NCBI GenBank assembly: GCA_053919585.1
Contig: CM132785.1
Length of the DNA stretch: 64,000 nt
Origin: Euprymna scolopes
Taxonomy: Eukaryota
Direction: 5' to 3' (one strand)
A program made the position numbers and the translations under genes. Positions 16,983 to 32,300 of the stretch are shown in pieces; within the stretch, counting starts at the first letter, position 1; each line of letters opens with the position of its first letter. The notes below the pieces were generated by a model that saw only the letters and a list, made by a program, of their open reading frames with translations, ran no database searches and had not been told where the DNA came from.

Positions 16983-19930
16983 GACATGCTGATTTGGAAT
17001 TTTTACTAATAAATGAAAGATTTTATCAGTTATCTAAGCGGGATAAGATCATTTTTTTTAATGAACTGACGTTTATAATGCCAATAATATATTAACCAAT
17101 AAATTGAAATTTATACTGCCAATAAGATAGTACCCAATAAAAATTTAAAATGGTGTGTTTGTTATTAAAGGCACGGGAAAACATAACAAAAATACGTATG
17201 TTCACATCTAGTGCGGAAACTAGCTAACCTCCACGACCACCTCCAAGATTTTCTAATGATTCTCTGGCTTTTCGTAGATCTGTTGCAAGTTCAGGATATC
17301 CAGCTGCCTCGGTTTCGTTAATAAGTCTCTCAAGAACTTCTTTGTCGTTTGCTTTAGAAGCGCGTCTTATTTGCTCGCGTAGCACCTCTGGGGTCACAGA
17401 ACGAGATCCTACTCACCAGAACAAAATACAACTCATTACATATAACAACAACAACATTCAATGAACATCAACGGAAACTAAAGTAGCAGACATTTATATA
17501 AACTAAAGATAATAACATTGAATGCTTTGAAACAAAGATTAAGCCACTGGTATAACCTGTTGATATTCATTGTAGAAAAGACCGAGAATAATATCTCAAT
17601 TTCTTAAAAGTTTAAAACTTTAAATAATAATTTTAAAAAAACATACAAATGAAGTTCATCTATTTATATGTTAAGATATAACATTCGTCGTATTACATAT
17701 TTTAAAACTATATTCACATGGGAATGTCAATTCCCGAAGTAAATCAATTACATTAACTCAAAATGATGAAATACTCAAAATAATAGAGGTTAATAATGAG
17801 TAGTAATTACATGGGTGAATAATTATTGCTTCGTTTTATTCTTTATTGCAAATCGACATCTAAGATATTTTTGTTACAGATTTTTTAATGATTATAAAGC
17901 ATCAGTTTCATAATGTTGTTGTAACTTTGAAACGAGAAATCCATGAAACAGCTGATAATCGCTAACATAAAACGAGTAAAATAATTAAATTTCCCGCTTT
18001 TCTGAAAACAAATTACTGTTTGATAAATTTCGCGCTTTTATAGTGACCACTCTATAAATATGGTTTTGCTGTACGACATAATGACAATGATACACCGGTT
18101 CTCGTTAGATCACTAAAGATAAGGAGTGTCACCCTGGTCATTATCAGCATGGTGACCATTTTGGAATGCCGAGCTCTGTATGCAGGAGAACATTTCATCT
18201 CTGCAAGAACTGCAAAAACTTAATGTTGTCATTACACCTGACTGGTATATACAAGCAACTGGGGACCGTTCGTGAATGTGATAATCCCATAAAACTTCCT
18301 TCTTCAGTGAAAGTCGTTTCAACCCGCCTAGGTTGAGTACTATTTAAATACAGTCCGATACTCTGTGAATATGTTTGGCTTGCACAAAAGAATTGTGAAT
18401 GTCATTTACTATCCAACTGGTGGGTTACATTTTTAAATAATTCGGTATCTTATTTTTATTTTATTTTAGAACACACATGTGAATCAAATAACTTTGTTAA
18501 TCATCATGGATTGACACGAAATGATATCGTTTAAATAGTATATATATTCAATAAAAACGTTATAATCGTGTTCCGATTCACGATGATCAAGCAAAGATTG
18601 TAGCACTATTAAAATTGCATGTGTGTTATGTGTGAACGTTATGTAGACATTACATTGTTTATGTAAACATTACATAAGTTTATACGCTATATTTTGATGT
18701 AAATATTAAGCGTTACATTGTTTATGTAAACAGTACAGTACATAACGAGGCGTTACATTGTTTATGTAAACATTACATAACTTTAGACGAGACGTTACAT
18801 TGTTTATATAAACATTACATAACTTTAGACGAGATTTTACATTGTTTATGTAAACATTACATAACCTTAGACGAGACGTTACATTGTTTATGTAAACATT
18901 GCATAAGTTTAGATAAGACGTGTATATGAATTCACAGCAGCTATCGAAGAGTTTCTTTATGTCTAATAATTGCATAAAGAAAATGAAAACAATGATTACC
19001 GAGATGTTTTAAGTATCCAACAAATTGTCAAAATGCTACACCAAATAGAAAAATCAATAATGTTATAAAAACAAGAATATCTGACCTCTGAGGTAATGAT
19101 CGTCTAGTTCTTCTTGTTCACCAAGAGCTTTTCTTGCTCTGTAAATGTCGTTGTTTAGTTCTGGCATGCCAGCAGCAATGCATTCGTCAAGAATTGTTTC
19201 TATGGCGTCCTTGTCTCCTTTCCTCATTGCTTCTCGCAATTTGTCCTTCAAGACATCGGGAGTTTTACTTCCTGACAACGGAGACATCATTTGTTATCAG
19301 AAAAAATCAACTTCGTAAATCCGACCGGCACGCATCGGAACACTCATGCGTAAACCACACTTTACTACGACTACAGGATAAGGAGGGTTTACTAAGGTCA
19401 CTTACGATATATTTGGTATGACATCCGACATTTAAAGAATTATCAAATCGCATTATTTGGATTGTTGTTCTTATCTAGGGTGCTCTTATATCACAATATT
19501 TCAGCAAATGTAATCTCCGGGTTGCTTCCGTCTTATAGAACTTGAATGTTTTTATATCAATCTCTCAAATATATACGAAGTTTCGAACGAAACCCTTTGT
19601 TTAATAATTAAGGCTATTTTATTCTCGTTCTGTCGGTCATGATTTGGGAGAAGTGCAAAGTAATTCTTAGTATCGCTCGTACATAGGACTGAACCTACAA
19701 CCTCTAGGAGACTGTCACTTAGAACTTGTACCTAATACTTTTATCCATTGCGCCATGAATTATTTTGGACACTGGCCAAAATTTTGTGAAAATGACATCC
19801 AAAATAAGAACAGTTATCTGATTAATTCGAATAAGATAAATTATTGATCTCAAAAGTTCCGAAGCATAGTGATCTAATTGTTGTTTTCGATTTGGAATGA
19901 CATGCACTATCAAGTCCGAAACTTGAAACA

Positions 19931-19989
<59 letters not shown>

Positions 19990-22900
19990 GGGGGTCTATT
20001 GTTAACTAAATAAAATCAATAACAGTAGAAATTCACATTCATGAGATAAACGGCTGACTATATGTCGTTGTATTATTTGTTATTTCTTTCTGGATGTCAA
20101 GAAATGATCTCGTTTTGAGAAAGGCTAAATATTGCTAACCAGCATGCATTATACTATTCAGGAACAAAATAGAGTTCAACTACAATTGGTTAATAAACTC
20201 ATATTTATATTCAGTCAGGAAATGAAATTAAAAGTATTTTTATCTAGGAAACAGCTTAAATAATACATAATTAAATATCAACATTGAAAGCTAACTATAC
20301 CATGCAAAAAACAAACGAAAAATCATTTGACACTTTGGCCCCTTACTTTTCTTATCTAAATGGTTAGATTTATAATACAAACAGATTCAGTGGTCAATGA
20401 AAGTTATATTTTGACAAGAGAAATTATTTCTACGAAAAGTTTCACAGCTATAAACGTTTGAAAAGATTAGTCCTATATAAAAACGGCTGACATTTCAATA
20501 CGACATTTTTATCTTGTCAGTTGTATATTTTGAACTGTTTTTTTTTTAGTCAGAGAGGATCGAATTTCTAACATGTAAACTGGTTTGTAAGAAGTTGTGC
20601 TATGGCAAATTCATTTTTGTCGTCACAACTGAAAACGATACTAAATAACTGGTAAAAGTAGGAAGGGGTTAATACTTGAGAACTCGTAAACCTAGAAACA
20701 ACAACAACAACAACAACAACAGATGATTTATATATAACGCTTTACAATGAGATTCTTTGCAGAACCTGCATATTTTTTATGTGTGGTAAGGATTTGCAAG
20801 CGTTTTTATATCGCTTGAAACGTTTGTACAGATCGTTTGCACCCGTTAAGAATGATGCATCTTTCTGAATTCTTTTGTGGGTGGTTATGAGTCCTCCAGT
20901 GCAGACTATTCTATACTTTTAAAGTTTAAAAATCTTTAAAATTGTGTTAACACATTAAATTATGCGAATTTTGTAGAAAATATTCTAATGCGTTTTATAC
21001 AAATTATGCGTTTATTTTTTTTTCGGGCAGAGTATAGGATCTCGGATGTTAACTATTCTGTATTTTTATGAAATAAATTATAATCAAATATTATTTAGAA
21101 AAAATACATAAAGTATTACGACAATGGCCAAAGGTTTATAGAAATGCTCTATGAATATAAATGAAACGAAATAAAACAAATAAAACATGCCAGAAGAAAT
21201 AAAGCAAACTATTAAAATTTAATTAAGAATGTAATTCGTTGTATGCTAAACGGTTTTACAGAAATAACAGACACATCTAGAGAAAACAAAAAGTTTCTTT
21301 GATACCATCTAATATATTATAACAAAAAAGATAATTTTATGGGAATGAAATCGTACAGAATGCGGTTCTTGCGTCAAAATAAATAACAAAAACTAAACTA
21401 CAAAGCATAACAGGAACAGCGTGCAGGATTTCTATCGAATTCTAACCTCCACGTCCTCCTCCAAGTGCGTCTAGTGAGTCTCTGGCTTTACGCAGATCAG
21501 ATCCCAGTTCTGGGTAGCCAGCCGCTTCAGCGTCCGAAATGGCTTTTTCCAAACTGTCAATATCTTTAGAACTAATGGCGTCAGCTAACTCCTCCCGAAG
21601 TGTATCGGCTGATACAATATCTGATAAAATTAAAAAGCTCATACAGTTCAGAATGCAATTTTATCGATTACGTGATACAAAACTTCTTACAATAATTTTC
21701 TAAAACTAATTATTTCATTGTAGAAATATATCCTCTAGTATTACCTAGTATTGTCTATAACTTTTTATTATTTGATTATGGCTGTAGAGTAATTAGTTTT
21801 CTTTGGTATATCAATAAATTTCGGCCCGTTTATTCTACAGAATTTTACATAACTACTTCACCAATTTACTCTTAATTCTACAACACATAGTTATCAAAGA
21901 TTCAATTAGTTTTAATCTTAAAGATGCAAGCTATTTTCATATTAGACTTATCAACAGCAAATATCTAAAAGAGAAACCATGGAAATTAACGGCCGAAATT
22001 TATAAAACAACAAGAATTATAAGAACTGTCCTAACAATTACATCATCTTTGTTTCTTCAAAAGGAAAACAAATCCTTATGTGTCAATTACAATATTAATT
22101 AATCAAACAAAAACATGGTCTTGCCTATTTCGTCATTTAAAGAATTAAATACAGCATTTAAAATGCATTTTTATGTAAAATGTTTTTATATATGTCAATA
22201 TATATTTCAATGATTAAACTATCAGTAATATTTTCAGGATACTTTCCGAAATGCTCAGTTCGAAGATCTCTAGCGAGTTATTTGTATTATTCGACATATA
22301 ATCCGCTGGAATATTCAAATTAACGTTGAATTTAATACGATTTTCACTTTGATATATCTTTCACGTGAACCCAGGCGAATGTTAATTCAAAAATTGATTT
22401 CAGTAAGCGTGGCTTTCTTGAGACATGTTGGAATAAGCTCTACGATTTCGTCAATGATCATGAAATCAGACTTAGAAAACCAAAAGACACTAGCCATCGA
22501 AGTTAACATACTCCTGGCCAACGTTGTAGAACATATCGTTTGAAATTGTTTAATAAAATCAACGTAGATAATGTTGCCTTTTTATTTAATACTTAAGTTT
22601 TAATATTATTTTTCTAGATTAACTAAATTTAGATGATAAACATAACGGCTAACCTCCAGTGCCGCCTCCAAGAATATCAGATATAGCTCTGGCTTTGTGG
22701 ATAGCATCATCAAGTTCTGGCAACGCTGATGCTACACATTCTCTGATGGCTCTATCGAGAGCGCGTTTGTCTTTTCGTCTGATTGCGTCTTCAAGTTTTT
22801 TTATCAAGGCATCGGGAGATTTTGTTCCTGATAAGAAGATTATTATAGAAATTATAACAACATATAAATACGAAAAAATTTGAACAATGAATTTGAATAG

Positions 22901-23612
22901 ATGAAAATGAAATTTTAATGGATCCGACTTAAGTAACGAGCACGGTATAAATTCAATGTAAATGAAATGATTTTCAAGAGAGCTGTTTTGGAACCTTTAT
23001 ATGTTTCAAATAAGAGAATAACTTTATTAATTAGAAAAAAACATTTTATATTCTATGATTTAGTTATTAAAACCTGCTTATTTATATTAGTTTATCTACA
23101 AAAGTCCCCCTAATATACGAGTATACAAAATAATAATAATGGCATTGTTGAACGATCTTAATTAGCCAAAGAGCTAACCTCCTTGTCCACCGCCTAAGCT
23201 CTCCAAAGATTGTCTGGCTTCACGAAGGTCAGGACGAAGTTCCGGATACTTGGCAGTCTCTGCGTCGTCAATAAGTCTTTCTATGGCTTCTTTATCTGTA
23301 CTCTTGGACGCCTCTCGGATTTGGCAACGCAATGTGTCTGGGGATACGGAACGTGAGCCTAACCATCGTAGCAGTAAGAAAACGGAATTTGATAAAAAAA
23401 TAGATATACTTAAGAAAAGATGAAAAACAAGGAACAGCACAAAGTATAACAATTTTATATTAAGTTCAATATGTAAAATTGAAGACATTTATAAAAATGA
23501 AATATGAATTATGATACAATATCGCCAATTTATAGAAATAGATATTTTCTTCTGAAGGATTTTATTTATATCTACATCGATGGAAAAGGCGAAATACAGA
23601 TAAATTTAAGGA

Positions 23613-23655
<43 letters not shown>

Positions 23656-24009
23656 CACATGGATATACAAAGATATACAGACACCAGGTGCACATACATA
23701 TACACACATATATATCCATGTATTTATATATGTGTGCATATGTAATGTATATTTTGAACAGCTAAAATAACTGTAGATGTGTACTTTTGAACAGCCAAAA
23801 TAATTGTGTATATACAGAAATAAACTATATATGAGAACTTGAAAGTAAGCAAGTTAAAGGGACATGTAAACACGCTTAAGAATTGGTAAAGATATAGACA
23901 CATTGAATAAATCAATATTAACTAATCAACACAAGTAAAGAATATAGCAAACGCACACACATATATAAAAAGTAAAATATAAAGTCAACGAAGAATTTTA
24001 CATATATAC

Positions 24010-24046
<37 letters not shown>

Positions 24047-24110
24047 CATATATATATATATATATGTATGGCTCTTGTGACCTACAACCTTATCTGGCTG
24101 TGAAAATAAG

Positions 24111-24180
<70 letters not shown>

Positions 24181-26343
24181 TGTATAAATTATAAAAGACA
24201 ATAAAAATGTAAAAGTATTTTATAACCGTTAGTAATTTATCTATATGCATCACACAATATTTAAAGCAAATAACATCAACCTAATATATACATGTTTATG
24301 TGTGTGTGTGCGTGTGTTTTGTATCCATTGTTTAACATCTTTATTTTCTAACCTCTATGAAGATGTTCATCAAGTTCTTCAATTTGATCCAGCGTCCGTC
24401 TGCACCATTGTATGTCATGTTCCAGTTCGGGCATACCAGCGGCCACACATTGATCAAGGATATCTTCAATGTCTTCTTTGTTTCCGGTTTTCATGGCTGC
24501 TTTTAGTTTTTCGCGCAGACCTTCCGGTGTTTTGCTACCTAACAACGCAAAACATAACAAAATGGCTTCACCTTCTGGTCGCACACCACTCATAGTGATT
24601 TGCATGCCTTGCAAGTGCCGTGAGCTCAGAACTTGATGTTAGATCAAATTTACTAATACTATTATGAGTGTAAGTAATCAGGTTATTTGTACAATTCTTG
24701 TAGTATTAGTATTGTAAAATATAAATTCATGTAGCATTCAAATCGTTTTAAAAAAACAATTTAACGATTGTCTGGTTAATTTTAAAGTGTTTTTCTACTT
24801 GAATATTAATTGATTTTTTTGTGCGTCAGAAACAGACTTTTAAGCTAATACAAATTAATTAAGATAACTAAGTTATTCACACAGTTTAGGATACCGTCAA
24901 AATTATTTTGTTAACGTAAACCCGCTGATTATTAGGGTTTAAACACAAGTAAATTGTAAACAATGATTTAACGTTTAAAACTCATTGCTTGAATTTTTAT
25001 AACTAATATTGGCATGCAAATAGCACATACATAGTTTTCTGGGATCCACACATACGAAAGCGTTTTGTGAACAAATATTATTTGCTTTGTTCTCCTAAAG
25101 ATGGTCTTCCGGTTGAAATCTGATTGTTCAGAAAATAAGTATCCTATCCATTTGAAGCATATATAAGTATATAACTTAATAAAGTCAAAGGTTTTATATG
25201 TTACCAATTATAAATATTGGTGGTAAATTTGTTTTAATGTATCTTTAGATTTATCGCTATTCCTCTGTCTAACTGAACTAATAGCGAAATAATGGTGATT
25301 TTAAACTGGTGAAAAGAGCAAGAATATTACTACTAATAAGTTATCAATACTGATGCTAAGATTATAGTCAGATAACGCTTGCACAAAACTATGATGATTT
25401 CACCCATAGTAATAAAGAATCCAAAGAAAAAATAAACAAAATCCAGTTCTTATGTACGTATATAGTGCATAATTGCAGGAGAGGATTTTTCAAAATAGCT
25501 ATCCTGATAATTATTATGTCGATAAATGTTTTAACACTATGCTGTCATGAAGACATGTATAGACATTGTACATGTTTTATATGTACAATACGAGGTTTAA
25601 TTTTTGCTCTTTTTTTATTTGAAACGAAGTTAGAAAAATGTAGCATGAAAATAAGTTAGGAATGCGAGAAATAGATAGTTTGAGAAGGCGTTACATCATA
25701 AAAATGTAACAATATTAACTTATTTGTGAATTGTTACAAAGATTTTAGAAGTGTACACGCATTTCATGGAAATAGCATCGCTTTTTACTATTTAAAGACA
25801 CTTGTAGTCGCCTTGAAAGCACCAATTTTCTTAAATCGTATTGAGTTTTGAAATAGATAATGACTTTTGTAACATTCTGTACATCCTTTCTCTCACACAC
25901 TATATATATATGTATATATATGTGTGTGTATATATATGTGTGTGTTTGTGTGTGTGTGGTAAAAGAGTTATAGAGAGAGAATGATAAATATATTAATAGA
26001 TAGATGGAAATATAATAATCTGCGAAGTATTACTATTAAATAGCGTTGTTCTAAAGCTAAGGATAAATATTTAGAGAATCGTAATTGGTAATCATATCGG
26101 AATCAGAATACAGAATCGAAAATTTATCAGAATCGGGAAAATATTTGAATCGTCCCATCACTATAGGAGCTGGAATAGTTTGGGTATCGCATGAAAATAT
26201 AAGAAAAACAAAACATCAACGAAGCTTGTTGAATGTTATAAATTTTCTAATAAAATATACCGATTTACTCATGTAAGTTGTTAATAAAATATATTGATTA
26301 TTCTCTAATAAAGTATACTGATTTGCTCATGTAAGTTAATAAT

Positions 26344-26384
<41 letters not shown>

Positions 26385-29300
26385 TACTGTTGCAGTTCAT
26401 AAATACATCATAATATCATACCTACATTATGTGACATTTTTACATTTGATAAGGTGACTAGAACATTTATCCTACTTCAACCTGAACCACAACTATTTGA
26501 ATAAGCATGCCAAATAGTTCTACTACTGAACAAAGCTGAACATATATAATGCAAAACAACTACTTTCTAAACAACATGCTCGAAAACATTTACGTTATTC
26601 AGTGATTCCCAATNNNNNNNNNNNNNNNNNNNNNNNNNNNNNNNNNNNNNNNNNNNNNNNNNNNNNNNNNNNNNNNNNNNNNNNNNNNNNNNNNNNNNNN
26701 NNNNNNNNNNNNNNNNNNNNNNNNNNNNNNNNNNNNNNNNNNNNNNNNNNNNNNNNNNNNNNNNNNNNGAAGACATAATCGGTATTTGCATCAAATGTTG
26801 TTTTCGAGAAAGAATTGGGAATCACTTTTCTGTATGATAATCTAACCTCCGCGACCCCCTCCATTGATAAGCAAAGTGTCCCGCGCGTTGAGCAAATCTG
26901 AGGCCAATTCTGGATAGCCCGCTACTTCAGCGTCTTCAATTGCTTTTTCCAAACTGTCGATATCTTCAGACGCAATGGCATCTGAGAGTCGGGAGCGTAA
27001 CGATTCTGATGTGGCCACATCTAATATCAAAGAAAAATCGAGTCAATTCAAAGAAACAATAATTTCTGCATTTTTTTTTTTTTGTCATTGTAAGCATATT
27101 ATATAACATAGTTTCTAATTATGAGAAGTTGAATTAAAAATCAGACATATTACAATGCGTTCTCAATGAATTTTTTCATTCTGCCATTAATTATCTCAGC
27201 ATTAATTAGCAAATGAAATGTTCAAATGCATAACGCGATAAACGCCTTTTTTTGTATTCCAACGCTTTTCATCAATCTTAATCAAATTTTACGTAATGTA
27301 ATATTGGAAGAATCTAATTTTTCTCTTCATTTTTCATTAAATTAAGCTTTTACTCAAAGACTAATTTTTTATGTTTTTTGCTTTTATAATTCCATTCTCA
27401 ATTTAGCAAATTGGATTTATCGTGATTTACATTTGAACTCTTTAAGAAAATTACTTAAATTTTCATATGCCTACTATTATAACAGTCCAATTATTATGCG
27501 CTCAACTTCAGTAAAATGTTAGTTTAAAAAAGGTAATACTTTATTTGAACTATTCCATGTATCATAATTTATATTCAATCTCGTATCTTTATTGAATAAA
27601 CTGTGTACTATTATAGTATATGTCTTATAAAATGAATAAAAATTATTTTATCCCAAAACATATTTACTATATTTCTATTCGTTTTTAATGCAAGTAATTC
27701 AGCATTAAGGATGATATAACACATATTAAATAGTAAATATGATTTTAGAATATAAACAATTATCAGAATTATATATTAATACTATCATTATTTGATTTTG
27801 TTCATGGGATGTAGAGTACGTTTTGTAATTGTTTCATGACTGGTGTTATATATTATACTTTCTAATCTGAATGAAATGTCTTTTTAAATATTGCATTTAG
27901 TTATTTCATATTTTGAAATCGTCTTAAAACTTTGAATAAATTACTTTTATTTCCTTGATGAAAGATAATAGTGATAGTATACTCACTTCTCATTCGATAA
28001 TCCTCGAATCAATACTACTGCTTTAATAGCTTTCATATTACATACATTATTATTTTTATTATCAGTGGTTGTGCCTTTATTTAATGTTTTTTACTTAAAA
28101 CCCATATATTTTATTTACTTTTCCATAGTTGCATAATTATGTTGATCACCGACGTTCCCGTTAGATCAGAGAATTTAAGCGATGTTAAGCCTAGTCAATA
28201 CTTGATGGGTAACCATTTGAGAATACGAATAGCGTCACTAACCCACAGTTCCAAGCTTGACGACTATGACACAAGCCTTAGATGGCAGATATCAATAAAG
28301 TAGAAGGAAACCAGCAAGAGGTTTCTCCTCCAAAAGTGATTAAAAAACCCTTATCATGATGATGATTGTTTATTTTAATTTTTAGAGTGACGTAAATTCA
28401 ACAGAGGTAATATACTCTTTATTTTATAAAATATATACCCTTTGTATATTTAACATTAAGAATTATCATCCTATCGATATCAATATTTTAGTAATGTTTT
28501 TTAAATTTCTCGTACACTATTCAAAATTAATATAAAATCAATACAAAGTCGTTTTCTCAGTTACATTTGCTATTTTATCCTATTAATATAGAATTATATG
28601 TTCAAAAAGTTCAAAACACAAAGAATATTTGCTAACCTCCGGTTCCCCCAAGGAGAATGTCCGAAATAGATCTAGCTTTGTGAATGGCGTCATCTAGTTC
28701 AGGTAATCCTGCAGCTACACATTCTTTTATTGCTTTGTCCAAAGCACGTTTGTCTTTTCTCTTGATAGCCTCTTGTAGTTTCCTAATCAAGGCCTCAGGA
28801 GATTTTGTTCCTAGTAATGTAAACGTATTTTACATATGAAAACAGCAGTTTGAAACAACACAGATTCATAAAAGTATACATAAAGAAAAAATAAATAAAC
28901 ACCGAAAAGATCAACACCTAACTAATAATATTTCCCATGGAATCAAACGACCTTTTACAGACTATACAAATACAAATGAAGAACAATTTTGAACAACCGA
29001 CATGCAGCTAACGATACACTAACAAGAGTGTTATAGACGAGAACAACAAAAAGTTAGTGAATGGAAAGTGAAAGGGGGCTAACCTCCACGTCCGACTCCT
29101 AAACATTCCAGAGTTTCTCTGGCTTTACGAAGATCAAGACCAAGTTCCGGGTATTCAGCTTCCTCTGCTATATCAATGAGCCTTTCCAATTCGGCCTTAT
29201 CTCTTGAATCCATTGCCTTCTGCATTTGGGCGCGCAAGGAACGCGGCGAAAACGTACGAAATTCTGACGAGTACAAGTAAGAAAATCACCGCTATTATAA

Positions 29301-32300
29301 CAAAGGGGCGCGCACAAAGCTGTGCACAGATTCCAGCGATTGTAATTTGTAGGTGAAAAAAATGATAGGAATTGTAAAAATAAAACCAAAGCAAAATGAA
29401 AGAGTGTTAGAGGGTTTTGAATATGGACGGATTTTAAAACAATTCATGAGAAACCTAATATTTATGATATCAAAATTACAAGTTAAAATAAAAATATAGA
29501 CTAATTATATTATCCACAAAGTCTTTTACACAACACAAAATTAATATTGATGTTTATATTATTTGAATTATTTCGACTAAGTCTGCTCTAGTGTGAAGGC
29601 ATTTAAATCGAAACAATGTATGTTTCTGGGTTTTTGAGATGAGGATTGATAATTCCTATTATTTGGATTATTTGGACTCTTGAGTGTTATTTGCATAATA
29701 TTTTAGTCAATTTAACCTTTGATATTCTTCAGGTGCATCTTGTCGAACTCGGGAATCTTTCTGCCAAACTTGGGAATCTGCACGAAATTCCAAATGGAAC
29801 TCTTTATTTTATCCATGGAGGCAGCACGTATTCGTTTCGTCAGCCGTGACTGGGTATAATTCGCATTCGTATTCTTAGTATGGCCTCCACTGAAAATTGA
29901 ATCTTTAACCTCCAGAAATGTGTCGCTCAGAACTGTTTTTTACCTAATATGTTATCCGTAAAGCCATGAATCTTTGCAGACAATTATATTGTGAATGTTG
30001 GGAGCCTATTCTTGTTTTTAGATGTATAATCTTAATAATTATCACTATAGATTACTACATTCTGTGACTAACACCCAACATGAGAACAGTAGTCTGAATA
30101 ATCCAAATAATACAAATCATCAATTCCCTATCTACAAATTTAGAAACATGATATTGTCGTGCTCAACATTATGTCTATTTAAATAGACTTCTGTATTTAT
30201 TATATTTTCTCAGTGTATAAGAACAAAACTCAATTGATAAAAATATAAAAGCTAATATGTTTAAAATGAATACATATTTTCCCGGCCAAATTCTGATTTG
30301 GGATTGTTAGTAAAATGCTGTTTTTTGGAGTGTTCTGACCTTTTGGTGGTCGGTCATCTAAGTCCTGGATACTATCCATTGATTCCTGGGCTTGCTGGAT
30401 ATCCGAGTCAAGCTCTGGCATCCCTGAAGCTATGCATTCTTCAATAATACTTTCCAGTGCATTTCTGTCATTTTGGTTGATGGCATCCTGAAGCTTTGCG
30501 CGTAAGCTCTCCGCCGTTTTGCTTCCTAGTAAGCAAAATATGACACAAATAAGTGAAACCCACAACGCGTAATACCAAAACGATTGAGACGAACCACATG
30601 CACAACGATAGATGCTGTACAATCTCCACAGACTTTGGACAAGAGATTAAGACAAACAATCCAGATCTCTGACTAATTTACGTATTAAACAAACTTTACA
30701 AACCATGCTGAGAGTTAGATGTTAAATATTTCACTAATTATAAACCAAATAAACACCAATGATTATAAGTAAACATGAAGAAATACGATACAATAAGCAT
30801 CACTAGATGTTAATAATAATACGGAATAAAGCAACTGATGATTGAATACCATCCACAATGGAAAACAAATTCTTAATAAGAAATTAGTGTTGGGACGACT
30901 AATCAGAATCAGAATCGGGGACTGGAATAATCGGAAATTTTGATTATTACTATTATTATTTAATTGTCAATTACTGGTACTAATGACAAATAATGAAAAT
31001 GATATATATTGATTTTAAACTTCCAGTAAAAGAAAAACATAGATCATCGTCCTTCCCCCTCACAAGTGTATTTTACGTTTGTGAAAATATGCGTACATAT
31101 TACAGGAGACTTTTTTATGCTAATACGAAAATTTAAAAAAATAATTAAAAAAAGCTCTATAACTAAATATTTAGAGAATCGTAATGGTAACCATATCGAA
31201 ATCAAAATATAGAACAGAATCGATAATTTATCAGAGTCGGGAAAATATTGGAATCGTCCCATCACTACAAGAGATACTATATAGGAGCTGGGATAGTTCA
31301 AGTATCGAATGAAAAAAATATCAGAAAAACAAAACATCAACGAAGCTCTGACATCTTCTTGAATGCTATTAATGATACATGAAACGTTATCAACCATTAT
31401 TAATTTGTAGTACATCTTTCATCGTAATTTCAGTTAAGTTTCATTACAATGATTCTGGTAATTGTACTAGTGTTTATAGAAATGTTCTCCCTTAAGTTTT
31501 TGTAATGAAAAGGAACTGGAATCATAATGGCTGAAGTTTTTTGTAAAAATAAATAATGACCGAATGAAAAAAATAGTACAGTTGCCACATCTGAGTAGGA
31601 GTTGCTCACAGCACCCTTTCCTGTCTTGACAAAGTTCAAAACCGGCTTCGAAATCTAGTAGGTGATGTTCCTTTCTCATTTTGTCAACTCCTTTCTAACA
31701 GAAGAGACGCTGTGAGTCTATCTTTGCTCTATTGTTATTTTCATGGAAAATGCTCTTCTGAGCTTCACTCTATGGTCCCTCGGCAAAACATTCACAACAT
31801 ACACTCGCCTAGCTACAATCACTGTCAACAATTTTCTTTCCTAGAACTGCCCGCCTGGCTGTTTTCTAACTGACAATAACACATGAATATATTTTTTACG
31901 TTTGTGAAAATATATGTGTATCTTACATGAGGTTTCACGGTAATCAGAAAAATACAAAAACAACAACTGTACAACTAAATATTTAGAGAATCGGAATAAG
32001 AATCGGTAATTGTATCGGAATCGAGCAACTATTGAACTCGTCCCATCACTATAAAAGATATTATTTAGCAGCTGGGACAGTTATTGGTTCCGGGTGTCTT
32101 GAAGTCTCATAGTCGTTTTCAAGTTCAATGTAAACAAGCTCTTGTTTAGCCGTCTTTTTAAATAATCAAATTCTATCCAATTTCCAACACTAAACATCAT
32201 TACAGTGTTGTGCCACCGATCTCCTGACACTCTTATACCCTTATCCTCGAGTAGCATTGGAGCCTTGATAAGCGGTGACTCCCTTGTAAAAAAGGAACAC

